Assembly: GCA_963977015.1 (NCBI GenBank)
Contig: CAXBMO010000004.1
Span: 128,001 to 192,000 of the forward strand
Length of the DNA: 64,000 bases
DNA from: an uncultured bacterium
GTDB lineage: Bacteria > Verrucomicrobiota > Verrucomicrobiia > Verrucomicrobiales > DEV007
Reading direction: 5' to 3'
The stretch's first letter is position 1. Every line of letters begins with the position of its first letter. A program made the position numbers and the translations under genes. Of the stretch, positions 1-9,538 are shown in pieces. The notes below the pieces were generated by a model. That model saw only the letters and a program-made list of their open reading frames with translations. It did no database searches and was not told where the DNA came from.

Positions 1-160
1 AACCCGTGCAAGACGCCTCAATTTGCGGAAACTCCCACCTATTTTGCACCTTTCCCCTCAACCGGTCGGGAAAACCGTCGGATGTTCTAAAAAACATGTA
101 AGGGATAGGGGCCCCTTTGGCGTATAATTTAGGAACACTAAAACCCATAACAACAAACCA

Positions 161-430
161 ATGAAATCCCCTGTATACATAGCTACCATCCTTCTTGCCA
201 CCCTCGGTTTTGCTTGGGCAGCTCCGCCATCCAAGATTCACAACCCGAACTACAAACAAGTTCGCGCTGAGAAGCAGGCAGACCTCGCCAATCGATCCGA
301 GCGCATGAGACGGATGCAAAGGATGCATCGCATGCAACCGACTGAGCAACGCGCTTCCACCGTCGCTCTCAACGTTCGCGAGAAGAGAAATCAGTTCAAG
401 ACCCATGGTCATCGGAACAAAGGCCACTAA
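161..430 (+). CDS. small secreted basic hypothetical protein
   Basis: N-terminal signal peptide (IATILLATLGFAWA|A); TATAAT at 124-129 and an A/C-rich leader upstream; hairpin downstream. Confidence 0.65.
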   Translation: MKSPVYIATILLATLGFAWAAPPSKIHNPNYKQVRAEKQADLANRSERMRRMQRMHRMQPTEQRASTVALNVREKRNQFKTHGHRNKGH

Positions 431-482
431 GTCACCCTGATGTTTGATGTCATAACCCTTTGACCTCAAACATTGGTTTACA

Positions 483-521
483 GCCCGAGCGCGAAGCCCC
501 TGCTAAACGCTCGGGCTTCTT
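483..521. terminator. probable intrinsic terminator between convergent genes
   Basis: GCCCGAGCG...CGCTCGGGC inverted repeat followed by TTCTT. Confidence 0.5.
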
Positions 522-543
522 CGTGCAAACGCCTGACTTGTTC

Positions 544-1581
544 TCAATGCGATGAGAATTCAGGCGCCTGAAATCTGGGCGGGTCGAGTCCGGGATGCCG
601 CTCAAGATAATGGGTGAAATAAGCAACGACGGCGTCGAGGCGTTTCTCGGTCGGATGAAGTGGTTGTTCGCTTGATCCGCTCCTCAAGACCAGGTTTCCA
701 TTCAAGATCGAGTGGGGCGGGTTTGGAACGAGTCCCGGAACGATGCGATCATGGTTCCGATCGAAATACTCGTCTTTCCTCGATATCGTCCAATCGAAGA
801 GAACCTCGTCGCCAAACTCTCGGCGCAGAACCTGGAGATGGCGCTTCGGCGAGAGTGGATCCGTTTCAAAACGCATGGCGACCGGTGGAGCCGCCGTCCC
901 ATTTTTGACCCGCTCAACCGCATGCTCAAGATCACTTCCCGGGATGCCCAAAGTGCAGAACGTCTGATCAAGCGGCATCAAAACAGGAGCGAACATGGGC
1001 AAAACCGGCTGACTGCTGACCGTGGCGCGAACCTCTGGCTCGCTCAGCATGGCGAGAGCGACCGATCCGGTAAAACACATTCCGATCACCCCGATCGGTT
1101 TGCCGGGATTCTCGGCTGCCACTTGGCGAATTTCCCGCCGCAAAAGCTCAAAGATTGGCCGGCTCCCCTTTTGCAGCTTCCATTCCGCCGTTCTTCCAGC
1201 CATTACATAAAACTCGTTTTCAGAGACGCCGTGATCGGGCCCAAACATGATCGGCATGATGACTTTGAAATGGCCTCGCCTTTCGATTTCTTCGGCCAAT
1301 CGCAGTATCCCTGCATCGAGCCCGGTAATCTCATGCAGGAGGACGATGGGAAGCCGGTCCTTGCTCGCCTGATTCAAGCGGGACCGAACCAGCGGAAGTC
1401 GGTCCGGAGCTGTTTCTTCGGGAAAAACGAAACGATTCTGAAAGCCGAGCGCTTCCTCCGACAGCACTTTCGAGGGCCGCTCTGCATCACAACAACTCCT
1501 GGACGTGGAGCACGACACCAGAACCAGATTCGCAGCCACCATGACTGAAAACGCGACGAATGTTGGCTTGGTTGTTTGCAC
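544..1581 (-). CDS. dienelactone hydrolase family alpha/beta hydrolase, possibly a lipoprotein
   Basis: LLHEITG and GVIGMCFTG (Cys nucleophile elbow) motifs; lipobox-like LVSC. Confidence 0.75.
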   Translation of the reverse strand: MQTTKPTFVAFSVMVAANLVLVSCSTSRSCCDAERPSKVLSEEALGFQNRFVFPEETAPDRLPLVRSRLNQASKDRLPIVLLHEITGLDAGILRLAEEIERRGHFKVIMPIMFGPDHGVSENEFYVMAGRTAEWKLQKGSRPIFELLRREIRQVAAENPGKPIGVIGMCFTGSVALAMLSEPEVRATVSSQPVLPMFAPVLMPLDQTFCTLGIPGSDLEHAVERVKNGTAAPPVAMRFETDPLSPKRHLQVLRREFGDEVLFDWTISRKDEYFDRNHDRIVPGLVPNPPHSILNGNLVLRSGSSEQPLHPTEKRLDAVVAYFTHYLERHPGLDPPRFQAPEFSSH

Positions 1582-1587
1582 GGGCTT

Positions 1588-2964
1588 TCAATCGATCTTT
1601 CCTCCAACCGCTTTGGCGATCGCCACCTGGTCGATCACGATGAGGTGACGCAGGGCCAGCTCGGACCGACGCGCAGCGAGGTAACTGCGTTGGTCATCAA
1701 GCACTTCGACATGGGAAACGACACCGGCTGCAAAATTCGTCCTCGTCGTTTTCCAAACGTCGCGCCATTGCGCCGTTTCGCGGCGGACGGATTCAAACTG
1801 GCGGCGGTGATGAGCCACGTCAATCAAGGCGATCTCCAATTCTTCGAACGCGGCCAACAGCGCGGTTTCCCAAGCGGCCACGGCGGCATCGGTTCGCGCT
1901 TGGGTGGCACGGGCCCGGGCCCGATTGGTGGGATCCAACACCGGCAATTGAAGTCGAGGGCCTCCTCCCGCCAGCCACGCCCCCACCGGGCCGGAAAGTG
2001 AGCCCGCCATCGCGATTCCATCCAGCTCCATGGTCAGCGCAGGATAGAGATTCAACCGGTCCGCCTGTTCTTGAGCATAGCTGGAAAATACGGCGGCTTC
2101 CGCAGCAAGCAGATCAGGGCGCTGCCGAATCCATTCCAACGGGACTTGCCGGGGAACCTTCTCGAACAGCCGGGAAGTGGAAAGGCCCTTTTGCGGGGGA
2201 GCAGACGTCCCGGGATGTTGCCCCTTCAGGACGTCGAGCCGGATGGCCGCGACTTCCCGTTGCCGGTCGATCTCAATCGACGTCCCGCGGAGCGTTTCCG
2301 TCTCTGCTTCCTGGCGACCGGTCTCTGCGGTGGAGGCCAGGCCCGCCTGTTCACGATTGCGGGTCGTCTCCGCAATTTCTTCGCTGGATTCCAGCAACTC
2401 CGCGACGATCTCGCGCTCCTCGTTCAATCGCAACAGTGTGAACCAGGCGACGGCGACCTCGGCGGACAACGCCAGTTGGACCGCTTGCAGATCGGCCTCG
2501 CGCTGACGCAAATTCTCCGTTGCCGATCGGGAACGAGCCGCAATGCGACCGAACAGATCGATCTCCCAGGAGGCGGTGGCCGCCGCGCGCCACGGATCGA
2601 TCCGGACATTCCGAAACGCGGTTTCGCGATTGCTTTCGCGCCCCTGGGTAAAGCCGGCTCCCAAATTGGCCCGGGGCAGACCTTCTGCCCGCTGGGCCTG
2701 AGCCAGTTCCCGAGCCTCACGGATGCGGGCGGCGGCGCTGTCCAAATCCGGGTTGCCCTCAAGCGCGGTCTCAACGGCCCGATTCAGCCCCGGATCACCG
2801 AACTCCCGCCACCAGGCGGGGATTTCGGCGAGAGGAGCGGTTTCCCGAACCTCGCTTTTCCCAAGCTGAGGGGCGTCCCGTTTTGGCACACTCGAGCAGC
2901 CGACAAATCCCAGGGAAAGACTCAGCGCAAGAATCGGGAAAAACTGTCTCCACGGGATTCGCAT
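1588..2964 (-). CDS. outer-membrane efflux lipoprotein (NodT/OprM/TolC family)
   Basis: Lipobox FVGC; WWREFGDP..LN; SWEIDLFG; RPDLLAAE motifs. Confidence 0.92.
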   Translation of the reverse strand: MRIPWRQFFPILALSLSLGFVGCSSVPKRDAPQLGKSEVRETAPLAEIPAWWREFGDPGLNRAVETALEGNPDLDSAAARIREARELAQAQRAEGLPRANLGAGFTQGRESNRETAFRNVRIDPWRAAATASWEIDLFGRIAARSRSATENLRQREADLQAVQLALSAEVAVAWFTLLRLNEEREIVAELLESSEEIAETTRNREQAGLASTAETGRQEAETETLRGTSIEIDRQREVAAIRLDVLKGQHPGTSAPPQKGLSTSRLFEKVPRQVPLEWIRQRPDLLAAEAAVFSSYAQEQADRLNLYPALTMELDGIAMAGSLSGPVGAWLAGGGPRLQLPVLDPTNRARARATQARTDAAVAAWETALLAAFEELEIALIDVAHHRRQFESVRRETAQWRDVWKTTRTNFAAGVVSHVEVLDDQRSYLAARRSELALRHLIVIDQVAIAKAVGGKID

Positions 2965-2978
2965 GGTTGCGGCCTCGT

Positions 2979-3542
2979 CTAGCTGGGCTTCCGGTAAATC
3001 CCGGTCGCATTCACGATGAGGTTCTCCGCGGTTGATCCTTCGGCTACCGTCCCGGTGACGATGATCGAATCCAGCTCTTTCAAACCTCCGGCGCCTTTCA
3101 GTGTTTGCGTCATGGGCTTGCCATCCGCGTCACTGATCTGAACGGACAAACGGGAAGCCTTGATGGTTTCCGGGAGCGCACAACACGCATCCCACGGTGT
3201 CGGGCAACTATCGCCGGGAATCTTGTCGCACGTCTCAAGCGTGTCATCGGCGAGAACCAGCGTCGCAAAGCTTTCCGAGAACGGCTCCATTGCTCCGCCA
3301 ACCCTGCCAACGACGGTAATTTCAGCCCCCGGCGTAACTTCCTTGCGGGCTTCGATGACGGAAACGGCTTCCGACTCAGGCGCCGCGTCCAAAAGCACGG
3401 CTTTGATTTCAGGAAGGGGTTCAGCGGAAGCAGCGGCACTTTCCGCCTCTCCACCATCACCACAAGCACTCATGCCGAGCGCGAAGGCTCCGGCGGCAAG
3501 GGTTGAGAACAGGAAGGATGGACTCAGTATATTTTTCATCAT
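2979..3542 (-). CDS. Cys-motif lipoprotein (OB-fold-like) in the export operon
   Basis: Lipobox MSAC; CDKIPGDSCPTPWDACC motif; co-oriented and tightly spaced with the operon. Confidence 0.75.
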   Translation of the reverse strand: MMKNILSPSFLFSTLAAGAFALGMSACGDGGEAESAAASAEPLPEIKAVLLDAAPESEAVSVIEARKEVTPGAEITVVGRVGGAMEPFSESFATLVLADDTLETCDKIPGDSCPTPWDACCALPETIKASRLSVQISDADGKPMTQTLKGAGGLKELDSIIVTGTVAEGSTAENLIVNATGIYRKPS

Positions 3543-3572
3543 TTAGGTTTGTTAATAGTTAATTAAACGAAA

Positions 3573-4724
3573 TTAAGCGGAACGCAAGGCAGTTGGAAGT
3601 GGAGATTGGAGGCAGCGGATCGCCGGCGGTAGCGCTCCCAACGAACCGAGAAGCAAGCCGGTGAGCAGTCCCAGGCCAAGCACCGACAAGGGAAGCAACA
3701 GCTGAAAAGTCCCGATTGAGAACGGAACGGTGACGCCTTCGAGCAGGACGATGGCGAGAAACGCCGCGAGGAGCGTTCCCAACAACGTGGAAAGGAGACT
3801 TTCCTGAATCAGGGACACCAGGATGGCGAACCGGGAAAAACCGACGGCCTGAAGCGTCGCCAGTTCCCGGATGCGCGAGGCGTAGGCCGCATAAAGCAGG
3901 TTCAGCCCTCCAAACACGGCCCCCGCTCCAACCATCCCAGCCGTGAGCCAGGTCATCCCGCGAAGCGGACCGTAAAAGTTCGCCAACTTGGCGTAGTAAT
4001 CGGATTCGCGCATCGCCACCAGCTCCAGATCGAGGCGTTGCCGGCAAAAGAGATCGGCCTCAACAAATTGCTCCTCGGAATCCATCCGCAAAATGACGCA
4101 GGACAAGGCATCGCGCTGAATCGCGGTCATCAGATCCGTTCGGTCAAACCAGAGTTCCGACTCCATCACGGTGCCGCGCGCTTCAAAAATCCCGGAGACC
4201 ACGAAGGTCTGATCTTCCAGGTAAACTTTCGTCCCGGGTTGCACCTGGTCTTCCGCCAGCCCGAGCGAGTGATGCGCCAACGTGCCGACCAGGACTTCGC
4301 CCGGGCGCGGATAGCGGCCTTCGAGAATGCGCACCTCCCGATGAACCTCCAGAGCAGCTGGCGTGATGCCGCGCAAAATCGCCTGCTCTTCCGGGTGGTC
4401 GCCAATGCGCAGCAGCCCCATGTAATGGACCTCGCCGGACACCGCAGGCACTCCCAGCCGCGAACTAATGCCGCTGACGCCGGCGGTGGCCAACGTTTCC
4501 GCCTGGATCGCGACCTCGCTCCGCTCGACGCTTTCCTCGGAACCTGCTCCCATCAGAATGACGTTGCGAGGCGAACCCGTTGCTTCCAGAACCTGCTTCA
4601 TCCCAAGATTGAAGGAACCAGCCGCGAAGACGAGAAACACGACCAAACAGGAACCGCCGACTTTCTGAGCGAACCGGGTGGGATCGCGCAGCAAATTTCG
4701 GGTGGCGTAGGAAAACGGGAGCAT
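3573..4724 (-). CDS. ABC transporter permease (MacB/FtsX family)
   Basis: N-terminal TM, periplasmic domain, RIRELATLQAVGF motif, three C-terminal TMs. Confidence 0.9.
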   Translation of the reverse strand: MLPFSYATRNLLRDPTRFAQKVGGSCLVVFLVFAAGSFNLGMKQVLEATGSPRNVILMGAGSEESVERSEVAIQAETLATAGVSGISSRLGVPAVSGEVHYMGLLRIGDHPEEQAILRGITPAALEVHREVRILEGRYPRPGEVLVGTLAHHSLGLAEDQVQPGTKVYLEDQTFVVSGIFEARGTVMESELWFDRTDLMTAIQRDALSCVILRMDSEEQFVEADLFCRQRLDLELVAMRESDYYAKLANFYGPLRGMTWLTAGMVGAGAVFGGLNLLYAAYASRIRELATLQAVGFSRFAILVSLIQESLLSTLLGTLLAAFLAIVLLEGVTVPFSIGTFQLLLPLSVLGLGLLTGLLLGSLGALPPAIRCLQSPLPTALRSA

Positions 4725-4741
4725 GGTAGGAAAGGGCGGGG

Positions 4742-5893
4742 TCAGGCGTTTCGCAGGGAGGTGACAATCGGTTTGCGGGCCGCATCAAAGGCGGGCCAAA
4801 GTGAAGCGAGCAAGCCCAGAAAAACCGCCAGAACCAGCCCCCAGGTGATCACTTGAAAACTGGGGACAAGGGCAAGTGTTAGCCCCTCATTCCCAAACGT
4901 GAAGCGTTTCAGGTGAAAGAAGATGCCGGCGGTCAGGCTGCCCAGCGCTCCCCCACCCAGGCCGAGTAGAATGCCCTCCCATAACATGAGGACGCCGACC
5001 GATCTTCGCGGAAACCCAACCGTCTGCAGAATCGCATTTTCCTTGATCCGTCCCCGCGCAACGAGAAGGAGCGCATTGGCCACCAGCCCCAACACGGCAA
5101 AGACCGCGCCCACGCCGAGCCAACGGGTGAAGCTGATGATTTCAATCATGTCACTGGCGGTCTGGGCAAAGAATGCTTTCTCCGGGCGCGTATCCGTGGG
5201 TTGCGAATCCGAAGCAAAGAGTTCGTCGATGCTCTCCGCCACCGACTCCAGTTGCTCGGAGGAATCCACCTGAACATTGAACTGGGTCACCGTTCCCAGC
5301 CCGACCCGGGAGGACTGCTGAAGGAAAGGCAGATGAACGTAGGCCACGTTGTTGTCCTGAGCCGAGGGAGAACGAACAATCCCCGCCACATAGACGCGAA
5401 CGCCTACCGCTTCGAACTGATCGCCGGGTGTGAGGCGACGCCGTGCGGCAAAGTTCTCCCCCAACAGCGCTCCGTCGCTGCGGGCTACCCAATCCTCGAA
5501 CGAACCGGCAATAACCTCCAGCTCGGGATTATAGGGTTTCAGCTCCTCCGGCGGCACCCCGCGAAAGGTAATCACGTCCAGACTGGCGCCACAGTTGTTC
5601 ACCACAATCTGCACCGGAATCGCGTCGCTCACCCCGGGGATGCGCCGGATATCGCTCAGGTAATGCTCCGGAAGCCGGGACGTTGCCGGACAGAACCGGT
5701 TCTCCCGGTAGACGACGAGGGTGGTATCGTCCGCGCTGGCTTCCGTCGCCACGCGAAGCGACTGCTGCATCGTCTCCACCGCCGTAAAGAGGAACATCCC
5801 CGTTCCGACTCCCAGGATCGTGAGTAGGCTACGCAGCCGGTGGCGGGCGATCTGCTTGGTGGCCAAATGCGCCAGATGAAGGAGCATCTTCAT
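4742..5893 (-). CDS. ABC transporter permease (MacB/FtsX family)
   Basis: RSLLTILGV start; RIKENAILQTVGF motif; C-terminal TMs. Confidence 0.9.
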   Translation of the reverse strand: MKMLLHLAHLATKQIARHRLRSLLTILGVGTGMFLFTAVETMQQSLRVATEASADDTTLVVYRENRFCPATSRLPEHYLSDIRRIPGVSDAIPVQIVVNNCGASLDVITFRGVPPEELKPYNPELEVIAGSFEDWVARSDGALLGENFAARRRLTPGDQFEAVGVRVYVAGIVRSPSAQDNNVAYVHLPFLQQSSRVGLGTVTQFNVQVDSSEQLESVAESIDELFASDSQPTDTRPEKAFFAQTASDMIEIISFTRWLGVGAVFAVLGLVANALLLVARGRIKENAILQTVGFPRRSVGVLMLWEGILLGLGGGALGSLTAGIFFHLKRFTFGNEGLTLALVPSFQVITWGLVLAVFLGLLASLWPAFDAARKPIVTSLRNA

Positions 5894-6618
5894 TTCACGG
5901 GTGCTGGCTCAGGGGTCAGTTTTCCACCGCTCACCAATTGGCCCTTTTCCAGGAACAAGGTTCGCTCTGCCGCGTTGGCGGCGCGGGAATCGTGCGTCAC
6001 CATGACGATGGTCTTGCCGTGTTCGCCGGAAAGCTCCCGCAGCAGATCCAGAATCTGGTCGCCGGACTTGCGGTCCAGATCTCCGGTGGGTTCGTCGGCC
6101 ACCAGGAGCCCGGGATCGGCCACAATCGCCCGGGCAATGGCAACCCGTTGCTCCTGCCCTCCGGACAACTCAGACGGGCGATGACTCGCGCGATCGCTCA
6201 GCCCCACCAACTCCAACGCGGCGTGGACTCGCTCCCGGCGTTGCCCCCGGGAAAGCGATTTGTCGAGCAGGAGCGGCAGTTCCACGTTCTCAAACGCCGA
6301 CAAAATGGGGACCAGGTGATAGAGCTGAAAAATATAACCACAATGACCAGCCCGCCACTTGGTCAGTTGGCTGCGCGACATCGTGGCGAGGTTGTGGTCT
6401 CCAATCAGCAGCTCTCCGGACGTCGGCTGGTCGATCCCCGCAATGAGGTTGAGCAGCGTGGTTTTGCCCGACCCGGACGGCCCCATCAAGGCGAGAAACT
6501 CCCCTCCCCTCACCTCCAGATTGAGGTCTTCCAGCGGCGTTACCGTGATCTGTCCCTTGCGATACGACTTCGAAAGCTGGCGACAGCGGATGTAGGACTC
6601 TTGAGATTTTGAACTCAT
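5890..6618 (-). CDS. ABC transporter ATP-binding protein (LolD/MacB type)
   Basis: Walker A GPSGSGKT, LSGGQ signature, ADEPTG, VTHD. Confidence 0.95.
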   Translation of the reverse strand: MSSKSQESYIRCRQLSKSYRKGQITVTPLEDLNLEVRGGEFLALMGPSGSGKTTLLNLIAGIDQPTSGELLIGDHNLATMSRSQLTKWRAGHCGYIFQLYHLVPILSAFENVELPLLLDKSLSRGQRRERVHAALELVGLSDRASHRPSELSGGQEQRVAIARAIVADPGLLVADEPTGDLDRKSGDQILDLLRELSGEHGKTIVMVTHDSRAANAAERTLFLEKGQLVSGGKLTPEPAPVK

Positions 6619-8070
6619 CTAGGATTTGGGTTTGATTCGTTGACCAGGCTTGAGATCCCCTGGTGGGTTTGTGACGACGCGATCCCCCGGCTTGAGCCCG
6701 TCCAGAACCAGCCGATGATCCTCCCGCTTTTCCGGTCCCAGTTGCACCGTCTGCCGGACGACACGTTTGCCACTGGCGTCAAGCAACCAGACCTGCGCCT
6801 CATTGCCGGACGCCTCAAGGAGCGCAGACTCCGGCACGTAAAGATTGACCCGTTCGTTCGCAACCGCGCCGGAATCCGAGCTGGTGAGACGCCCCGAAGT
6901 CAGCGCCAGAAACTCGGCCCGGCAGAGCATTTCCGGACGCAACCGCGAATCGGGATCTTGAATCCGCACCTTGGCCTGGAGCGTGTTTCGCTGAAGGTCC
7001 GCCTCCCCCACAATCCGGGTCACCGTCCCGCGAAACGTCCGGTCCGGCAAAAAATTCGAGCGCACCCGCACCGGCTGCCCCCCGGCGAGTTGAGCTGCCT
7101 CTTCCAGTGGCACATCAATCCGCGCCTGCAGGTGATCCGGCTGATACAGAATCGCGATGGTGGCGGAATCCGGATCGTCCATTCCCAACATGCGTTTCTG
7201 CCCCGGGACCGCGAGCAACCGCAATACAATCCCGTCCACCGGTGAAAGGATCCGCGTCCGGTCCAGGGCCAGCTGCCGTCGCGCAACCTCCGTCTCCGCC
7301 TCCTTCACCCGGGCGGTAAAGTCCTTGGCCATCTCTCGGTGCTGCTGCCATTTTCCGCGCAGCTCCTGTTCGGTCGCGGCAACGGCCTCGATCTCCGCCT
7401 CCTGAGTCGCCAGTTGCAGCCGCGCCTCCGCCACCTCGCGCTCCGGAACATTGCCCTTGGGCAGTTCCGTCAGGCGCCGCGCCCGGTCCGCCAGGTCCGT
7501 TCGTTTTGCCTCCGCCGCGACCAACTGCTTTTTCAAGGTCTCGACCTCCGCCTCAATCACCTGGATCAACCCATGGTGTGCCGCCTCCTGTGCCCGAAGC
7601 GAAGCCAGGCGACTCCGGGCCGTCTCCAAATCCAACCGGGCATCCTCGTCAATCAACGTCGCCAGCACCTGCCCTTTCTCGACCGTGGCTCCCTCCAGCA
7701 CTTCCACCCGATCGACCACTCCATCCACCAACGCCGTCGCCTTGATCGGGAGCGGATCAGGTTCAATCCAACCGGACGCCTGAAACAACATGGGTGCCGC
7801 GTAAGGATCGCCGGCCGTAGGAGTTGCCTCCTGCCGAACCCCCGCTTCGGCGCGCACCGTCACCACGGTTTCCAACGCCACTTCGCGAGCCGGCATCAGC
7901 CGTTCGCCCAAAAGGAGAACGAGGAGAAGCACAAACCCGAGCAGAATTCCAAGTGGAATCAGCGCGGCCAGACGCGCCTTCCAAACCGTGGTGGCTGAAG
8001 AGGTTTCGGAAGGTGCATCGTCCGAGCGGACGGAGCTTTTCAGTAGAGTTGTTAGTCGATCATTCGTCAT
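6619..8070 (-). CDS. efflux periplasmic adaptor (membrane fusion protein, HlyD family)
   Basis: TM anchor, lipoyl-like halves (VEVLEGATVEKGQVL; SPVDG) around a coiled coil; GLKPGDRVV. Confidence 0.9.
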   Translation of the reverse strand: MTNDRLTTLLKSSVRSDDAPSETSSATTVWKARLAALIPLGILLGFVLLLVLLLGERLMPAREVALETVVTVRAEAGVRQEATPTAGDPYAAPMLFQASGWIEPDPLPIKATALVDGVVDRVEVLEGATVEKGQVLATLIDEDARLDLETARSRLASLRAQEAAHHGLIQVIEAEVETLKKQLVAAEAKRTDLADRARRLTELPKGNVPEREVAEARLQLATQEAEIEAVAATEQELRGKWQQHREMAKDFTARVKEAETEVARRQLALDRTRILSPVDGIVLRLLAVPGQKRMLGMDDPDSATIAILYQPDHLQARIDVPLEEAAQLAGGQPVRVRSNFLPDRTFRGTVTRIVGEADLQRNTLQAKVRIQDPDSRLRPEMLCRAEFLALTSGRLTSSDSGAVANERVNLYVPESALLEASGNEAQVWLLDASGKRVVRQTVQLGPEKREDHRLVLDGLKPGDRVVTNPPGDLKPGQRIKPKS

Positions 8071-8232
8071 CGTAAATTCCGCGAGAGAGGTAGAGGTGAA
8101 AGCCGGGCGAAAGGCCTGGTGGTGCTTTCAAGCGGATTGAACCTGCGAATGGTTCCTTCCGCGCCAAGAATCAAGGCAACCGGCCGACTCCAGCACGGAA
8201 CGGGCCTGCCACCTGTAGTAAAGGCGCGGGAA

Positions 8233-8616
8233 TCAGAGCAGACGGACCTGTCGCTGAGCCAAACCGGTCCGCAACGGCGGCGGCGGAAGCTCGGGAATCG
8301 ACGGTGGAGCCAACTCTCGCTGGCTCGAACGAAACAACCCGGAGTGCAGAACATCGCTCGGGAGAAGAAATTGGAACGAGCAGCCCGGAACCGACGCAGT
8401 GGCCGGAGCGGTGAAAAAATCCCCCAGCGAAGGCAACTCCACACAGCAATCGCTCTCCTGGTTCGTCGTCACCTCATCAGAGCCGCAGCAACTGTGCTCA
8501 ACCGGCGAGCAAAAATCGTTTTGAGACGTGCAAAACTCCATCCCGGTCATCGGACGCGCCACGGCAATCCCCAGAAACAGGGGAAGAAGCAGAATGGCCT
8601 GGAGACAGCGGATCAC
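8233..8616 (-). CDS. Cys-rich exported leader-type protein (resembles HYC_CC_PP/DUF2946-like ORFs); start inferred at GTG 8616
   Basis: Signal-like N-terminus, HSCC and DCC pairs, Pro-rich C-terminus PPPPLR...VRLL; first ORF ahead of the export operon. Confidence 0.6.
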   Translation of the reverse strand: MIRCLQAILLLPLFLGIAVARPMTGMEFCTSQNDFCSPVEHSCCGSDEVTTNQESDCCVELPSLGDFFTAPATASVPGCSFQFLLPSDVLHSGLFRSSQRELAPPSIPELPPPPLRTGLAQRQVRLL

Positions 8617-8690
8617 GAATTCGAAGATGGTTTTCGAAACCGGGCATGCCAACAGGAATGGAGCAGGTGCGATGGGAAGCTCACAACACC

Positions 8691-8773
8691 GTAGCGGAAT
8701 TTGCCAAAAATTCCGACCGAAGATCGCATCGGCCTTCGGAAGGTTCTGCGGAAGATTTCGCATCTTCCGCTAC
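8691..8773. repeat. REP doublet (REPIN/BIME-like): two inverted GTAG REPs
   Basis: GTAGCGGAATTTGCCAAAAATTCCG (8691-8715, +) and GTAGCGGAAGATGCGAAATCTTCCG (8749-8773, -). Confidence 0.88.
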
Positions 8774-9345
8774 GATTTTTCCCGCTCCCGGAGCAGCCAG
8801 TAAAGCTTCCAGAACGATTCCCAAAATTCGTCCGTCCACACATCGAGTTCCGGATAGCCAGGCACGAGACATCCGGCAAACGGGTAACTTGGAAGCTCGT
8901 CGTAATCCGCGACCAACCCGGCGCGGAGCGGATTCTCCTGAACGTAACCGGCCACCTTTTCGAAAATGCTCGGCTTCCGTGAATCTTCACGAAGAACGTG
9001 GTCGTAACCTTGTTTTTGCAGCTGGAATCCTTCCGGGCGAAGGACCCAATTCAGTTGCTTCCGAAAATAGCGCATCGCGACCCGCTGGTCCGAGGACTCG
9101 TGGTAGCCCATCAGGAGCAGATGCAGATGATCAGGCATCAGGACATAGCTCGGACAGATCACATGGTAGCGAAACGCCATGTGGGTGAGTAGTTCGCGAA
9201 ACCGGGCGTGGAACAGCTCTGTCAGCCAGCCTTGCTTCCGCTCCTCAATGGTCATCGACCAGTGAACGACGGCGTAATCGCGATACGCTTCGGGAGGCAG
9301 GCGCCGCAGATAGGAATGTTCCTCGATCGGACTCTTCTCATTCAT
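8770..9345 (-). mobile_element. rayT: REP-associated tyrosine transposase (RAYT, Y1 HUH family)
   Basis: HUH motif in YVLMPDHLHLLL; QKQGYDHVLR; catalytic Tyr in YVQENPLRAGLV; REPs on both sides; true start is ATG 9345 (MNEKS). Confidence 0.88.
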
Positions 9346-9346
9346 C

Positions 9347-9454
9347 GTAGCGGAATTTACCAAAATTCCGACCGCTGCAATGCGCAAGGCTGACGATCGG
9401 AAGATTTTGCATCTTCCGCTACAGCCCTCGTAGCGGAATTTGCAAAAAATTCCG
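9347..9454. repeat. REP triplet upstream of RAYT
   Basis: GTAGCGGAATTTACCAAAATTCCG (9347-9370, +), GTAGCGGAAGATGCAAAATCTTCCG (9398-9422, -), GTAGCGGAATTTGCAAAAAATTCCG (9430-9454, +). Confidence 0.88.
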
Positions 9455-9538
9455 ATTCCCAGATGTTTGAGGAGGTCGAATGGCGTCGACGTTCCGCATC
9501 TCGGGCCCGATGGTTCGGGATTCCACTGAAGGCGCAGC

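Noticed and set aside
8691-9454. Repeated ~25-bp palindromes as a CRISPR array
   Set aside because: Alternating orientation, GTAG ends and a flanking RAYT identify them as REPs; no cas genes or regular repeat-spacer array seen in the window
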